Assembly (NCBI GenBank): GCA_963845065.1
Contig: CAWJQQ010000009.1
Span: 256,001-320,000 of the forward strand
Reading direction: 5' to 3'
From: Nitrospirota bacterium
Lineage (GTDB): Bacteria; Nitrospirota; UBA9217
DNA length: 64,000 bases
Below, in pieces: positions 62,010-64,000 of this stretch (its first letter is position 1; each line of letters opens with the position of its first letter). The notes beneath the pieces were generated by a model. It saw only the letters and a list, made by a program, of their open reading frames with translations, did no database searches and was not told the DNA's origin. The position numbers and the translations under genes are program-made.

Positions 62010-64000
62010 ATGGTTAAAAGACGAACTGGTCCCCTCCAAAAAAACATCAAGGTTTTGAAAAAGCATACAAAAAATTCAATAACTAAAAGTAAGCGGGTGT
62101 TTAAAAAAATGATAAAACAGGCTCAGACTTTCTGGGGAAAATATGTTTTCTCCTGGCTCGGCAAACTTACGCTCAGGAAAGTAGTATATATCCTCCTCGG
62201 CTCCTTTGCCGCTTCCATTATCTTTGTTGTTCTCTTGTTCGTCATCCTTTCCCGTAACCTGCCCACGGTGGAATCGCTCAAAGATTATAAACCGAGTCTT
62301 GGCACGACCATTCTTGCAGAAGACGGTAGGGTCCTCGGCCAGGTCAATATCGAGAAAGGCATTTACGTACCGCTCAAGCGGATTCCGATGTATATGGTCA
62401 ACGCTCTTCTTGCGACCGAAGACCCCCGCTTTTACCAGCATAGCGGCATCGACTACCGCGGAATCATGCGGGCTGCGCTCAAGGACATCATTTCGGTCCA
62501 GCTCAAGCAGGGCGGCAGCACCATTACACAGCAGCTCACGAAGGTTGTGTTCCTTTCGCCGGAGCGGAAGTTTACGCGTAAGATTAAAGAGATCATTCTG
62601 GCCCGCAGGATTGAAAAGGAATTGACCAAGCAGGAGATCCTCGAACTCTATTTGAATAGAATCTATTTCGGCCACGGCGCCTACGGCGTGCAGATGGCAG
62701 CTATGACCTATTTCGGCAAGAACATTTGGGAGATCAATCAGGCAGAGGCAGCGCTTCTGGCCGGGCTACCCAAGTCACCCATGGCGTATTCGCCGTACAG
62801 CGATATTGATTTGACAAAGATGAGACAGATGCAGGTCCTGCACCGCATGGTAGAAGAAGGATATCTGACCGAAGACCAGAGCACAATGATCTATAATCAG
62901 CCTATAAACCTCGAGAACCTGCGGTCGCAAGAGGACCTGGCCCCCCATGTGGTGGATTATATCCGCCAGTACATTGAAAAGAAGTACGGGCAGGAGACGC
63001 TGTACCAAGGCGGTCTGAAGGTCTATACGTCTATCGATTTGGACCTGCAGCGCGCCGCAGACGCCTCGCTTCGGGAAGGGCTTCGCTCACTTGATAAACG
63101 ACAGGGTTTCCGGGGCCGCGTCGGGTTCAAGCAACTCAAATCCACTCCGATTAAGTGGGGAATGCTCCATGTGTTGGTGAAACCCGGCGAGGGGTTTAAT
63201 GCCCAGGTGCTAGCCGTTGGTGACTACTATATTACCGTCAGGGGACGTGGACTCGTGGGCTACATTATGCCGGAAGACATGGCCTGGGCTCTTCTCAAAC
63301 CAAAGAAAAAAAAGGGTGATCCCGACGAGTTTAGAAAACCCGAGGAAATTGTCCAGCCCGGCGATATCATCAAGGTTCGCTTAAAGGATTATGACAAGAA
63401 AAAACAGCTCGCTTCATTTATCCTCGACCAGAAGCCGCTGGTCGAAGGTGCCGTCGTCTCTATTGAACCCTACACCGGTTACATACGCGCCATGGTTGGC
63501 GGCTATGATTTCGTGGAAGGCGGGTTCAACCACGCCACCGAGGCAAAGCGCCAGCCTGGTTCGTCTTTTAAGCCCTTCATCTACGGGGCGGCGCTCGAAA
63601 ACGGTTTTACTCCAGCGTCGATCGTGATGGACCAACCGGTGATCTACGAGAAGAGCGAGTTTGAGAAGAAGGAGTGGAAACCAACAAATTACGATGGCCG
63701 GTTTCTAGGTCCAATGCGCCTGCGTACGGCGCTTGCGCTTTCGAGAAACGCGGTGACTGTCGGATTGCTTGAAAAAGTCGGCTTGGAGAAGACCATTGAT
63801 TTTGCCCGCAATGCCGGCATCACGAGCCAGATAAACTATGATTACACCACGGCCCTGGGCTCATCAGCGGTGACACCGCTTGAACTCACATCCGCCTACG
63901 CGACATTTGCCTCGCGCGGAGTGCGCACGGAGCCGATCTTCATCAAGAAAATTGTCGACGGCAAAGGCACGGTGCTTGAAAGCTACGAACCACAACCGCA
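62010..64000 (+). CDS. mrcA: Penicillin-binding protein 1A (runs off the window; start 62010 or 62109)
   Basis: TM anchor, EDPRFYQHSGID, QGGSTITQQL, transpeptidase QPGSSFK and SRN. Confidence 0.93.
   Translation, partial: MVKRRTGPLQKNIKVLKKHTKNSITKSKRVFKKMIKQAQTFWGKYVFSWLGKLTLRKVVYILLGSFAASIIFVVLLFVILSRNLPTVESLKDYKPSLGTTILAEDGRVLGQVNIEKGIYVPLKRIPMYMVNALLATEDPRFYQHSGIDYRGIMRAALKDIISVQLKQGGSTITQQLTKVVFLSPERKFTRKIKEIILARRIEKELTKQEILELYLNRIYFGHGAYGVQMAAMTYFGKNIWEINQAEAALLAGLPKSPMAYSPYSDIDLTKMRQMQVLHRMVEEGYLTEDQSTMIYNQPINLENLRSQEDLAPHVVDYIRQYIEKKYGQETLYQGGLKVYTSIDLDLQRAADASLREGLRSLDKRQGFRGRVGFKQLKSTPIKWGMLHVLVKPGEGFNAQVLAVGDYYITVRGRGLVGYIMPEDMAWALLKPKKKKGDPDEFRKPEEIVQPGDIIKVRLKDYDKKKQLASFILDQKPLVEGAVVSIEPYTGYIRAMVGGYDFVEGGFNHATEAKRQPGSSFKPFIYGAALENGFTPASIVMDQPVIYEKSEFEKKEWKPTNYDGRFLGPMRLRTALALSRNAVTVGLLEKVGLEKTIDFARNAGITSQINYDYTTALGSSAVTPLELTSAYATFASRGVRTEPIFIKKIVDGKGTVLESYEPQP

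Noticed and set aside
186..63635. Numerous antisense or alternate-frame ORFs in the track
   Set aside because: They overlap well-supported genes and have no motifs; shadow ORFs.
1..64000. CRISPR array or Cas12 locus associated with the TnpB-like ORFs
   Set aside because: No regularly spaced repeat-spacer array is visible; the ORFs are bounded by IS605 hairpin ends.

Overview
Bacterial chromosome segment, probably from an anaerobic Nitrospirota- or Desulfobacterota-like organism (inferred from gene content: hcp, a DsrC-like protein, hemerythrin, sigma-54 systems, PEP-CTERM). Housekeeping and accessory genes include cusA, a two-component pair, leuA-yedA, hcp, degP, mgsA, PAS kinases, lhr, xseB-ispA-dxs-tlyA, dinB-lexA and mrcA, mixed with several pseudogenes. 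Insertion-sequence load is heavy. There are four copies of a tnpB-only IS200/IS605 element with IS608-like ends (each after TTAC, each ending TCAG), a decayed second IS605-type element (TTAT/TCAA), a 47-bp solo-hairpin scar, an IS5/IS1182-like element, an IS66, an IS481-like element and two IS1111-group IS110 elements. The main finding is that both IS1111 copies sit at the same CT dinucleotide inside tnpB. Their right-end non-coding region folds into a bridge/seek-RNA-like structure whose four guide segments match the tnpB target (CGCA-CT-AAAA) and the IS circle junction. The two uninterrupted tnpB copies carry synonymous changes that remove that target. This suggests an RNA-guided recombinase aimed at an RNA-guided nuclease gene, with potential scarless reversal. 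Other notable items are a shared LexA-like palindrome on the dinB and tnpB promoters, a RAPP arrest-peptide leader, two minimal PEP-CTERM peptides and an apparently leaderless leucine attenuator.
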